Shown piece by piece: positions 23,477 to 32,823 of a stretch of DNA of 38,501 bases. Position 1 is the first letter of the stretch; every line of letters begins with the position of its first letter. Both the position numbers and the translations under genes were made by a program. The DNA is taken from sequence record SRR2962707_1633, one strand, 5' to 3'. The notes under the pieces were generated by a model. That model was given only the letters and a program-made list of their open reading frames with translations, searched no databases and was not told the DNA's origin.

Positions 23477-25705
23477 ATGCACGATGGACGAAACGCTGGT
23501 GGATGTCTGGCCACCAATCCGAGCCGGCTCGATTTCATCGAGATGGCAATCGCACGCACCGATCGGGCTGTTCTGATTTCCGATAGCGAGGGGCATCCGT
23601 GCTATCTCAATCCCGCTTTCGAGGCGCTGTTCGGCTATGGGCTGGACGATTTTGCCGGACAGACCCCCTGGTCGCTGCTGGCCGGCCCGATGACCGATGA
23701 ACGGCTGCATCAGCGGGCGCGCAGCTTCGACAAGACGGGCGGGGGATTCCACGACGATTTGCTGTTGCGCACGCGATCGGGCGACCCGGTCTGGGTTTCG
23801 GCCAGGCTCGACCCGGTGCACGATGCGCAGGGGCGTTTTACCCATCTCGTCGCCATGCTCGCCGACACCACGCAATCGAAGCGTCTTCAGGTCTTCCAGC
23901 GCCTCTCACTCGATGCGCTGAGCCGTGACATGCCGCTCAAGGAGTTCATGGGGCAAATCTGCGAGCAGGTGCAGGCGCTCGCGCCCGATACGATCTGTTC
24001 GATCCTGCGGGTGGACGAGAACCAGAAGCTGCGGCCCCTGGCGGCGCCGAGCCTGCCGGAATCGGTGGCGAAACAGATCGACGGGCTTGAAATCGGGCCG
24101 CGAGCTGGAAGCTGTGGCACCGCCGCCTGGCGCGGCGAGCCGGTGGTGGTTGAAGATATCGAGATCGACCCGCTATGGACCGATTTCAAGTACCTCTTTC
24201 TGCCGCTGGGGCTCAAGGCTTGCTGGTCCTATCCGATGGTGTTGCGCAACGGGCGTGTTGCCGGGACGTTCGCCTTCTATTTCCCCGAATCCAGACCACC
24301 AAGCGCCTGGCATTTGCGGCTCGTGGAGACCTGCCTCAGCCTCTGCGTGATGGCGATCGAGCGGCACGAGGCGCGCACGCAAATCCGGCGGCTCGCCTAT
24401 TACGATGCGCTGACCGGGTTGCCCAACCGGGTATTGATGCGTCAGCGGCTCGAACAGACTTTGGCCGGTGATCCGCAGCGCAGGAAATCGCTGGCCTGCC
24501 TGTGCCTCGATCTCGACAGGTTCAAGGACATCAATGCAGCATACGGCCTGCCGGCAGGGGATATGGTGCTCGAGGCGGTCAGCCAGCGGCTTCTCGATCG
24601 GGCTTCTTCATCGGACATGGTGGCCCGGATGAGCGCGGATACCTTCATCTTGCTGCTTGACGATTGCCGGGCCGAAGACGCGGCCGCAGCAGCACAGGGG
24701 GTGCTGGCGAGCCTTAGGGAGCCCTTTACGGTCAGCGGAAGGGTACTATCGCTTTCCGGATCGATTGGCATCGCTCTCTATCCTGACGACGCGACGGATG
24801 TTGAGACGCTGGTCAATCGCTGCGAGACGGCGATGTCTGAAGCCAAGACCGCAGGGCGAGCGAATTATCACTTCTTTTCCCCGGAAATGAACGTGGCCAA
24901 TCGCGACCGGCTCGAACTGGGCGCGGCGTTGCGCGAGGCGCTGGCCGGCAATCAGCTCTCGCTTGCTTTCCAGCCGCAGATCGACCGGACCAGCGATGAA
25001 ATCTACGGCGTGGAGGCGCTGGCGCGCTGGACGCATCCGCAGTTGGGAACCGTTGGCCCGGACAGGTTCATTCCGGTGGCCGAACAGATCGGGTTGATCG
25101 AAGAACTCGGGCTCTGGGCGCTCGACGCCGCATGTGCGCAGCTCGCCCGCTGGCGGGCCGGGGGACGCGACGTACCTTCGATCTCGGTCAATATCTCCGC
25201 GCAACAGTTCCGCAATGGTGAATTCTGCGCTCAGGTGGCTCAAACGCTGGCCGCTCACGCGCTCAAACCGTCCGATCTTACCATCGAGATCACCGAAAGC
25301 CTCATGCTCGACCAGACGGCGTCGGTGACCAGCAATACCGATACGCTGAGCGAAATGGGCGTTAATCTGTCGATGGATGATTTTGGAACGGGCTATTCGT
25401 CGCTTTCGCTCATTGCCCGCCTTCCGGTCAGCGAACTCAAGATCGACAGGGCGTTCATCGACAAGCTGGAGAGCGACGCTGGGGCGCAGGCCGTGACGAC
25501 CGCCGTGATCTGCATCGGCCAGAGCCTCGATATGCGCGTGGTCGCCGAGGGCGTGGAAACCGACGCCCAGCGCCGGTTTCTCGACGCGCTCGGATGCGAT
25601 GCCCATCAGGGCTATCTCTATTCCAAACCGCTCAGCGCCGACGCCATGGATGCCTGGCTCCACGCTAACGCAGGAAAGCCGGCGCCCCTCCAGCGGCGGG
25701 CCTGA
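23477..25705 (+). CDS. PAS-GAF-GGDEF(degenerate)-EAL protein; probable c-di-GMP phosphodiesterase
   Basis: PAS (YLNPAFEALFGY), GAF (GSCGTAAWRG, ACWSYP), YDALTGLPNR, GGDEF position reads SADTF, intact VEALARW and DDFGTGYSSL; start uncertain. Confidence 0.88.
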   Translation: MHDGRNAGGCLATNPSRLDFIEMAIARTDRAVLISDSEGHPCYLNPAFEALFGYGLDDFAGQTPWSLLAGPMTDERLHQRARSFDKTGGGFHDDLLLRTRSGDPVWVSARLDPVHDAQGRFTHLVAMLADTTQSKRLQVFQRLSLDALSRDMPLKEFMGQICEQVQALAPDTICSILRVDENQKLRPLAAPSLPESVAKQIDGLEIGPRAGSCGTAAWRGEPVVVEDIEIDPLWTDFKYLFLPLGLKACWSYPMVLRNGRVAGTFAFYFPESRPPSAWHLRLVETCLSLCVMAIERHEARTQIRRLAYYDALTGLPNRVLMRQRLEQTLAGDPQRRKSLACLCLDLDRFKDINAAYGLPAGDMVLEAVSQRLLDRASSSDMVARMSADTFILLLDDCRAEDAAAAAQGVLASLREPFTVSGRVLSLSGSIGIALYPDDATDVETLVNRCETAMSEAKTAGRANYHFFSPEMNVANRDRLELGAALREALAGNQLSLAFQPQIDRTSDEIYGVEALARWTHPQLGTVGPDRFIPVAEQIGLIEELGLWALDAACAQLARWRAGGRDVPSISVNISAQQFRNGEFCAQVAQTLAAHALKPSDLTIEITESLMLDQTASVTSNTDTLSEMGVNLSMDDFGTGYSSLSLIARLPVSELKIDRAFIDKLESDAGAQAVTTAVICIGQSLDMRVVAEGVETDAQRRFLDALGCDAHQGYLYSKPLSADAMDAWLHANAGKPAPLQRRA

Positions 25706-25725
25706 CAGCACAAAATTTGCGGACC

Positions 25726-26142
25726 TTAAACCGCTTCTCCATCCAGCGGCGCGTTGCTTAACCGGTCGTCGGCAAGCTGGCGGATTTCGGTCAGCTCTGT
25801 GATGGTCGTCTCTAGATCGGTCAGTTGGGCGCGCAGCAGATCGAGGCGCTCGTCGACCTTTTCGATCAGCAGTTTGACCTGGGCCGTGCGCGTGCCGTCG
25901 GCATCGTAAAGGCTGAGATATTCGGAAATGTCGCGCAGGGTGAAACCCAGCCGCTTGCCGCGCAGAATGAGGATCAGCCGGGCGCGATCCCGCCGACGGA
26001 ACACGCGCGTCGATCCCAGGCGGTCGGGTTTTAGGAGCCCCTTGGTTTCGTAGAACCGGATGGCGCGGGTGGAAATGCCGAACTCGTTTGCCAAATCGGC
26101 AATGGCAAACAGATCGCGCTTGTCGGCATCGTGCTTGTTCAA
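25726..26142 (-). CDS. MerR-family regulator, LiuR-like
   Basis: FAIADLANEFGISTRAIRFYETKGLL, RDRARLILILRGKRLGFTL; probable TTG start at 26142 after GGGGGA. Confidence 0.88.
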   Translation of the reverse strand: MNKHDADKRDLFAIADLANEFGISTRAIRFYETKGLLKPDRLGSTRVFRRRDRARLILILRGKRLGFTLRDISEYLSLYDADGTRTAQVKLLIEKVDERLDLLRAQLTDLETTITELTEIRQLADDRLSNAPLDGEAV

Positions 26143-26146
26143 GATG

Positions 26147-27859
26147 CTATCCCCCGGCCTTGACGTTCTTTTCATAATCCTCGCGCAGATCGTTCTTGGA
26201 CAATTTGCCGATCATGGTCTTGGGCAATTCGTCGCGGAAAATGATCTCGCGAGGCATTTCGAGCTTGGAGAGGCGTTCCTCGAGAAAGGATTTCAGTCCC
26301 CCCTCGGTCACCGACTGCCCGTCCTTTAGCTTGACATAGGCGACGGGTACCTCTCCGCGATATTCGTCCTTTACCCCGATTACGTTCGTTTCGTCCACGG
26401 CAGGGTGGTGGTAAATGGCGTCCTCGATGGCACGCGGATAGACGTTGAAGCCCGAGCAGATAATGAGGTCCTTGATGCGGTCGACAAGGAAGATGTAGCC
26501 GTCCTCGTCGAGATAGCCGACGTCGGCAGTACGCAGATAGCCATTGGCGGTGAAGGCGCCTTTTGTAGCTTCCTCGTCGTTGAAATAGCCAAGCATGACC
26601 TGTGGGCCCTTGAGCACGAGTTCGCCGCGCTCTCCCTGCGCCACTTCGCTCTCCGGATCGTCGAGATCGACGAAGCGCACGTCGGTTGCAGGAATGGGCA
26701 GGCCGATCGAGCCGGGCTTGGAGGGCACACGCAAGGCGGCGCAGGCCACCACAGGCGATGCCTCTGTCAAGCCATACCCTTCAGCGAGAATGGCGTCCGA
26801 TTTTTTGCCGAAGGCCTCGCGCGTTTCACCGGGAAGACCCGCACCGCCGGAAATCGCCACTTCTATGGGCGCCAGGATTTCGGCGGTTGCCACGTCCTTT
26901 GTTGCCAGCGCATGCAGCAAGGTGGGGACGGCGGGCAAGACATTGGGTTTGGTGCGCTTCATGAGGGAAAGGAAGGCCTTCATCTCGAAGCGCGGGAGCA
27001 TGACGACCTGGGCGCCCGAGCACAGCGGCACGTTCATGCACACGGTCATCGCAAAGATATGGAAGAACGGCAGGATGGCGACCACTTTGGAGGGAGGATA
27101 GAATAGCCCGCATCCCCATTTGTCGATCTGGCTCATATTGGCGGCGATATTTGCGTGGCTGAGCATGGCGCCCTTGGGGGTGCCGGTGGTGCCGCCGGTA
27201 TATTGCTGGACTGCGACGTCCTTTTCGGAATCGATCTGGACGGATGTGGGCGTCTTGCCCCGGGTGATCAGATCCTCGAAGGATATGACAGCGCGTGCGG
27301 CCGGAGAACTGCCCGGCTTTACGATGTCCTTGCCCTTGAACAGCGAGAACAGGATTTTTTTCAGTCCCGGCAGCGCATTGGGGAAATGGGCTACGACAAG
27401 TTTCTTGATGTGACCCTGCCCGACCAGTTTTTCTGCGTTGGGATAGGTGGCCTTGAGATCGACCGTAATGAGTACGGTTGCACCGGAGTTGGAAACGATG
27501 TGGCTGAGTTCGCCCAGCGAATAGAGTGGATTGCAGTTGACGACGGTTGCGCCGATGCGCAGCACCGCGAAGTAGGCAATGACGTAGAATGGGGTGTTGG
27601 GCATCAGCAGCGCAACGCGGTCACCCTTTTTGACGCCAAGCTCGGACTGCAAGGCACCGGCAAGGGCGTTGACCTGTTCGCCAAGCCGGCGGAACGACGT
27701 AGTGGCGCCCATAAAATCGAGGGCCGTGGCATCGCCCATCTTTGCGCAGGAGGCCAGCAGCTGCTCGTGTACGGGGGTTGTATCGATGGGCACGTCCCAT
27801 TCGATGCCCTCGGGATAGGCGGCAATCCAGGGATGGGGGGCGCTGACTGGCTTGTTCAT
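26147..27859 (-). CDS. fadD: Long-chain fatty acid--CoA ligase
   Basis: QYTGGTTGTPKGAMLSH, EGYGLTEASP, GPQVMLGY, DRIKDLIICSGFNVYP, PKTMIGK; ATG 27859 after GGAGG. Confidence 0.9.
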   Translation of the reverse strand: MNKPVSAPHPWIAAYPEGIEWDVPIDTTPVHEQLLASCAKMGDATALDFMGATTSFRRLGEQVNALAGALQSELGVKKGDRVALLMPNTPFYVIAYFAVLRIGATVVNCNPLYSLGELSHIVSNSGATVLITVDLKATYPNAEKLVGQGHIKKLVVAHFPNALPGLKKILFSLFKGKDIVKPGSSPAARAVISFEDLITRGKTPTSVQIDSEKDVAVQQYTGGTTGTPKGAMLSHANIAANMSQIDKWGCGLFYPPSKVVAILPFFHIFAMTVCMNVPLCSGAQVVMLPRFEMKAFLSLMKRTKPNVLPAVPTLLHALATKDVATAEILAPIEVAISGGAGLPGETREAFGKKSDAILAEGYGLTEASPVVACAALRVPSKPGSIGLPIPATDVRFVDLDDPESEVAQGERGELVLKGPQVMLGYFNDEEATKGAFTANGYLRTADVGYLDEDGYIFLVDRIKDLIICSGFNVYPRAIEDAIYHHPAVDETNVIGVKDEYRGEVPVAYVKLKDGQSVTEGGLKSFLEERLSKLEMPREIIFRDELPKTMIGKLSKNDLREDYEKNVKAGG

Positions 27860-27915
27860 TATTCTCTCCTCCAACGGATCTTGTGTCCGTACTTATGGCG
27901 TAAACTATGTCATGG

Positions 27916-27933
27916 GATGACGTTAGCGTCAAA
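27916..27933 (-). promoter_or_regulatory. LiuR-type operator overlapping the fadD promoter
   Basis: Minus strand reads TTTGACGCTAACGTCATC; TTGACG-N17-CATAGT promoter. Confidence 0.65.
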
Positions 27934-28128
27934 CAATGCACCCAAGGCAAGGTTCCTTACCCGTTTCCGGAGGCGGCGCACGGCAGCACGCATGAGGCGT
28001 CCCTGGCAGCCGGGAGATTTGGGCGCTTTGAAACGAATCCGGAGCGAACGCGTTCTAATTTCAAGCGCGCGATTACCGATACGTTCCGGTTGGCAGGCAT
28101 TTTTGATGAATGACCTTATGGGCATCAG

Positions 28129-28157
28129 GTTGACGTTTACGTCCACAGGTGTATGCT
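28129..28157 (+). promoter_or_regulatory. LiuR-type operator GTTGACGTTTACGTCCAC overlapping the fadE promoter
   Basis: Matches TTkACGT-N2-ACGT; TTGACG (28130-28135)-N16-TATGCT (28152-28157). Confidence 0.7.
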
Positions 28158-28303
28158 CGACGTAATTTCAGCCCGCACCAGATTAAGGTGCGTGAGCGGA
28201 ACCAAAGTTCGGAAAGAGGATCCGAATTCTGTAAGGTTCCGACATCGATATTTCGTAGCGCCGGGTTATGATCCGAGCGCTTCAGGTCAGGGGAGGCCAT
28301 CTT

Positions 28304-30787
28304 ATGGTTTTGGCACTTATCGTCCTTAGCATCGTCGCGTTTCTGGTTCTGGCGATCCGCCAGTCCCCTCTGTGGCAGTGGGCGCTGGCCGCCGCGGCCA
28401 TCGGGGTTCTTGCCATGATACGGCCCGATGACGGGCTGACGCTGTCGACCAGCATTGTCGGCTGGATATTCGCGCTGCTGCCGGCGGCCATACTGGGCCT
28501 TTTGGCGCTTCCGGCCATTCGGCAGATGGTTCTGACGGGCCCCGCCTATTCGATGGTCAAATCCATCCTGCCGCGCATTTCGCGGACCGAACAGGAGGCG
28601 CTCGACGCCGGGACTGTCGGCTGGGACGCCGAGATTTTCTCGGGGCGCCCGGTCTGGGACAGGCTGCTCGACATTCGCAAGCCGGACCTCACTGAAGAAG
28701 AGCAGGCGTTTATCGACGGGCCATGCGAACAGGTCTGCGCCATGATCGACGATTGGGACACGCGCAACAACCGCATGGATATGCCACCCGAAGTCTGGCA
28801 GTTCCTGAAAGACAAGGGCTTTCTGGGCATGCTCATCGGCAAGGAGCATGGGGGCTTAGGCTTTTCGGCGCAGGCCCAGAGCCAGGTGGTGTCCAAGATC
28901 GCCTCGCGCTCGATTGCTGCGGGTATTACCGTAATGGTGCCCAATTCGCTCGGGCCGGGTGAGTTGCTCGAAAAATACGGGACGCCTGAGCAGCAGGGCA
29001 AATATCTCCACAGGCTCGCCAAGGGCCAGGAAGTTCCGTGCTTTGCGCTCACCGGCGCCCATGCCGGGTCCGATGCTGCGGGCATGCGCGACGTTGGCGT
29101 GGTGACCTATGGCGAATATGACGGCAAACAGGTGCTCGGCGTACGCCTCTCCTGGGACAAGCGCTACATCACGCTCGCCCCGGTTGCGACGCTGCTTGGC
29201 GTAGCATTCAACCTCTATGATCCTGACAATCATCTGGGCAAGGGCGAGGAAGTGGGCATCACGCTTGCTCTGGTTCCAGCAGATTATCCGGGCGTTGTGA
29301 TCGGGCGGCGGCATTTGCCGGCACGTTCGGCGTTCATGAACGGGCCTACTTCGGGCAAGGACGTTTTCGTGCCCATGGAATTTTTGATCGGCGGCACCGA
29401 ATATGCCGGGCAGGGCTGGCGCATGCTCATGGAATGCCTTGCGACGGGCCGCGCCATTTCGCTGCCGGCCATCGGCACGGTTTCGATCAAGGCTGCCCTG
29501 CGCACTACATCGGCCTATGCACGCATCCGCCGCCAGTTCGGCATTTCCATCGGCATGATGGAAGGGGTCGGCGAGGGTATGGCCCGGCTGGTCAAGTCGG
29601 CCTATCAGTTCGAGGCCTCGCGGGCCATGACGGCTGCAATCGTCGATGACGGGCAAAAGCCGGCGGTGATTTCGGCGGCGCTCAAGTACCGCACGACCGA
29701 AGAAATGCGCGGGCGGGTCGACGATGCCATGGACATTCATGGCGGACGCGCCGTTCAGGACGGGCCATCCAACTATCTGTTTGCCGGCTATCAGACCATT
29801 CCCGTGGCGATCACTGTGGAAGGCGCCAACATTCTGACGCGGACGCTGATCACTTTCGCGCAGGGCGCGCTGCGGGCTCATCCTTATCTGCTCAAAGAAG
29901 TGCAATCGGCCCAGAATCCCGACAAGCGTCAGGGGCTCAAAGATTTCGATGCGGCCTTTTCGGGCCATATCGGGTTCATGCTGCGCAATATGACGGCGTC
30001 GTGGTGGCACAGTCTGACGTTCGGGCGGTTTGCCTCGAGCCCGGTTGAGCATGAACTCAAGGGCTGGTATCGCGAACTGCACCGATATTCGCAGAGCTTT
30101 GCTCTGGCGGGGGACTGGACCGTGGCCTTTCTGGGCGGCGATCTGAAGCGCAAGCAGATGCTGTCGGGCCGCATGGCGGACGTGTTCTCGGACCTCTACC
30201 TGCTGTCCACAGCGCTCAAACGATTTGAGGATGACGGGCGGATGCCCGAGGACGTTGCGGTGATCAATGCGATTGCCCGCGACCGGATCGCCGCAATCGA
30301 AAAGGGGCTGGGGGAGGTTATCGACAATTTCCCCAACCCGTTCCTCAAGTTTGCACTGGGCGCCTTTATCTTCCCGCTTGGACGCCGTGCACGGCCATCG
30401 AGCGACCGGGAAAATTACCGGCTTGCCCGATCGGTTCTGGGGCAGTCTGCGTATCGCGACCGGTTGACACGCGGGGTCTATCTGACCTTCGATCCGGCGG
30501 ATCGCACGGGCATGCTCGAAGATGCGCTGGTCAAGGTCGAGGCGGCGGCCGAGATCGAAAAGAAGTTCTTCCGTGCCATCAAGAAGGGCGAAATTGACCG
30601 GCGCCTCGATCGGGACGCCATAGAGGATGCCGTTTCCAAAGGTATTCTGACCGCGGAGGAAGCGCAGATCATGCGAGTGGCGGATGAAGCCACGGACAGG
30701 GTCATCAAGGTCGACGATTTTGCCGCCGACGCGCTGGCGCGCCCGGCCCAAAAACCGGAAAATGGATATACCGCGGCCGCCGAATAG
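28304..30787 (+). CDS. fadE: Acyl-CoA dehydrogenase, FadE type (N-terminal TM, C-terminal DUF1974)
   Basis: LPRISRTEQEALDAG, TVMVPNSLGPGELL, PCFALT, WDKRYITLAP, AITVEGANILTR; ATG 28304 after GGGAGG. Confidence 0.92.
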   Translation: MVLALIVLSIVAFLVLAIRQSPLWQWALAAAAIGVLAMIRPDDGLTLSTSIVGWIFALLPAAILGLLALPAIRQMVLTGPAYSMVKSILPRISRTEQEALDAGTVGWDAEIFSGRPVWDRLLDIRKPDLTEEEQAFIDGPCEQVCAMIDDWDTRNNRMDMPPEVWQFLKDKGFLGMLIGKEHGGLGFSAQAQSQVVSKIASRSIAAGITVMVPNSLGPGELLEKYGTPEQQGKYLHRLAKGQEVPCFALTGAHAGSDAAGMRDVGVVTYGEYDGKQVLGVRLSWDKRYITLAPVATLLGVAFNLYDPDNHLGKGEEVGITLALVPADYPGVVIGRRHLPARSAFMNGPTSGKDVFVPMEFLIGGTEYAGQGWRMLMECLATGRAISLPAIGTVSIKAALRTTSAYARIRRQFGISIGMMEGVGEGMARLVKSAYQFEASRAMTAAIVDDGQKPAVISAALKYRTTEEMRGRVDDAMDIHGGRAVQDGPSNYLFAGYQTIPVAITVEGANILTRTLITFAQGALRAHPYLLKEVQSAQNPDKRQGLKDFDAAFSGHIGFMLRNMTASWWHSLTFGRFASSPVEHELKGWYRELHRYSQSFALAGDWTVAFLGGDLKRKQMLSGRMADVFSDLYLLSTALKRFEDDGRMPEDVAVINAIARDRIAAIEKGLGEVIDNFPNPFLKFALGAFIFPLGRRARPSSDRENYRLARSVLGQSAYRDRLTRGVYLTFDPADRTGMLEDALVKVEAAAEIEKKFFRAIKKGEIDRRLDRDAIEDAVSKGILTAEEAQIMRVADEATDRVIKVDDFAADALARPAQKPENGYTAAAE

Positions 30788-30852
30788 GCGGTTGCGGACA
30801 AGTGTAATTTCACCCTTGTTCCGACCGAGAGAAAAACGAGAGGAGCCAAGCC

Positions 30853-32820
30853 TTGGCGCAAGCTGATACGCCGCAAACCCGACACTGGGACTTTTCAATC
30901 GATGTCGAGCAGATCGGCTGGCTGACGCTGGACGTTCAGGACAATTCGGTCAACGTGCTCAGCCGGGACGTGATTGCCGAACTTGAAACACTGGTCGGCC
31001 ATATCGAACATCTCGGCCAGGCGGGCACCCTGACAGGTGTTGTCCTGCTTTCGGGAAAATCGGGCTTTATTGCAGGCGCCGACATTTCCGAATTCGACCA
31101 GATGAGCGATCCGGCCATTTTGCCCGAGGCACTCAAGCGCACCCACGCGGTGTTCCAGCGGATCGAGGATCTCAAGATCCCGTTCGTGTGCGGCATTTCG
31201 GGGTTCTGTGTGGGCGGCGGGTTGGAGCTCGCGCTGGCGTGTCACTACCGCATTGCGGTCAATGACGATGGGACCAAGCTGGGTTTTCCGGAAGTCAATC
31301 TGGGGATTTTTCCCGGCTTTGCCGGAACCGGCCGTTCGATCCGCCAGGCCGGGCCGGTCGACGCGATGCAATTGATGCTGACGGGCAAGATTCTGCGCGC
31401 TTCGCAGGCGCGCAAGCTTAATCTCGTCGACAAGCTGGTGCGCCACCCCGACATGTTGCGCTGGGAGGGCCGCAAGGCGGTGCTGTCCAAACGAAAATCC
31501 GAGCCTGCGCCGTTCACCAAGCGTGCGATGGCCCTGGGGCCGATCCGCTCGCGGGTGGCCGACAGGATGCGCGAGGAAGCGGGCAAGAAGGCGCCGAAAA
31601 ATCACTATCCAGCGCCCTATGCGCTGATCGATCTGTTCGAGAAGTATGGCGACGATCCCAAAAAGATGATCGCCCATGAGATCGATTCCTTTGTGCCGCT
31701 GATGGCCTCGCCGACTGCGCAGAATCTGCGCCGGGTGTTCTTTTTGTCCGAAAGCCTGAAGCGCCTCGGGGTGAAGGGCAAGGACAAGCCCAAATTTACC
31801 CGCGTCCATGTGGTGGGCGCCGGCGTGATGGGCGGCGATATCGCCGCGTGGTGCGCCTATCGCGGTATGGCGGTGACGCTCCAGGACATGGATATGGACC
31901 GGATCAAACCGGCGCTGGACCGGGCGAAAAAGCTGTTCAAGAAACGCCTCAAGACCAAACAGGCCGTCGATGCCGCCATGGCGCTTATGGAAGCCGATGT
32001 CGAGGGCAAGGGCATCGCGCGGTGCGACGTTTTGATCGAAGCGGTGGTGGAAAAGCTCGAGGTCAAGCAACAGATATTTTCCAGTGCCGAAAAGCAATTG
32101 AAACCCAATGCGATCATGGCGACCAATACCTCCTCGATCGAACTCGAGCGTATTGCCGAGGCGTTGGACAATCCCAACCGGCTGATCGGGCTGCACTTCT
32201 TCAACCCGGTGGCGCAGTTGCCGCTGGTCGAGGTGATCCGCTCGACGCTCAATGACGACGATGCGATCCGGGTCGGTGCATCGTTCGTTCTTGCCATCGG
32301 CAAGAGCCCGGTGGTGGTCAAGTCCAAGCCGGGGTTCCTCGTTAACCGGGCGCTGATGCCTTACATGCTCGAAGCCATCGACCGGGTGGAAAAGGGCGAA
32401 AGTCCCGAACAGCTCGATGCGGCGGCGGTTGCCTTCGGCATGCCCATGGGACCTATCGAATTGATGGACACCGTGGGCCTCGACGTCGGGGCATTCGTGG
32501 CCAAGGAATTGGGCCAGAAAGTGCCTGAGGACAGCAAGTTCGCACGGCTGGTCGCCGCAGGGAAGCTGGGCCGCAAGAGCGGTCAGGGCTTTTACAAATG
32601 GGAGGATGGCAAGGCGCAAAAGGAAAAGGCGCCGGCCCATGCCAATCTCGAAGGGCTTGGGCGCGATCTGGTCCAGCCGCTTGTGGACACAGCAGAAGTT
32701 ATCGTTTCCGAGGGCGTCGTTGAAAGCGCCGACATGGCCGATATCGGCATGATCCTGGGGACCGGCTTTGCGCCGTTCCTGGGCGGACCGCTCAAGGCAC
32801 GTGAGGACGGAAGGGCATAA
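30853..32820 (+). CDS. fadJ: Fatty-acid oxidation complex alpha subunit (enoyl-CoA hydratase / 3-hydroxyacyl-CoA dehydrogenase)
   Basis: FIAGADI, GGGLELALAC, PEVNLGIFPG, VVGAGVMGGDIA, ATNTSS, GLHFFNPV; TTG start after GAGGAG. Confidence 0.88.
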   Translation: MAQADTPQTRHWDFSIDVEQIGWLTLDVQDNSVNVLSRDVIAELETLVGHIEHLGQAGTLTGVVLLSGKSGFIAGADISEFDQMSDPAILPEALKRTHAVFQRIEDLKIPFVCGISGFCVGGGLELALACHYRIAVNDDGTKLGFPEVNLGIFPGFAGTGRSIRQAGPVDAMQLMLTGKILRASQARKLNLVDKLVRHPDMLRWEGRKAVLSKRKSEPAPFTKRAMALGPIRSRVADRMREEAGKKAPKNHYPAPYALIDLFEKYGDDPKKMIAHEIDSFVPLMASPTAQNLRRVFFLSESLKRLGVKGKDKPKFTRVHVVGAGVMGGDIAAWCAYRGMAVTLQDMDMDRIKPALDRAKKLFKKRLKTKQAVDAAMALMEADVEGKGIARCDVLIEAVVEKLEVKQQIFSSAEKQLKPNAIMATNTSSIELERIAEALDNPNRLIGLHFFNPVAQLPLVEVIRSTLNDDDAIRVGASFVLAIGKSPVVVKSKPGFLVNRALMPYMLEAIDRVEKGESPEQLDAAAVAFGMPMGPIELMDTVGLDVGAFVAKELGQKVPEDSKFARLVAAGKLGRKSGQGFYKWEDGKAQKEKAPAHANLEGLGRDLVQPLVDTAEVIVSEGVVESADMADIGMILGTGFAPFLGGPLKAREDGRA

Positions 32821-32823
32821 ATC

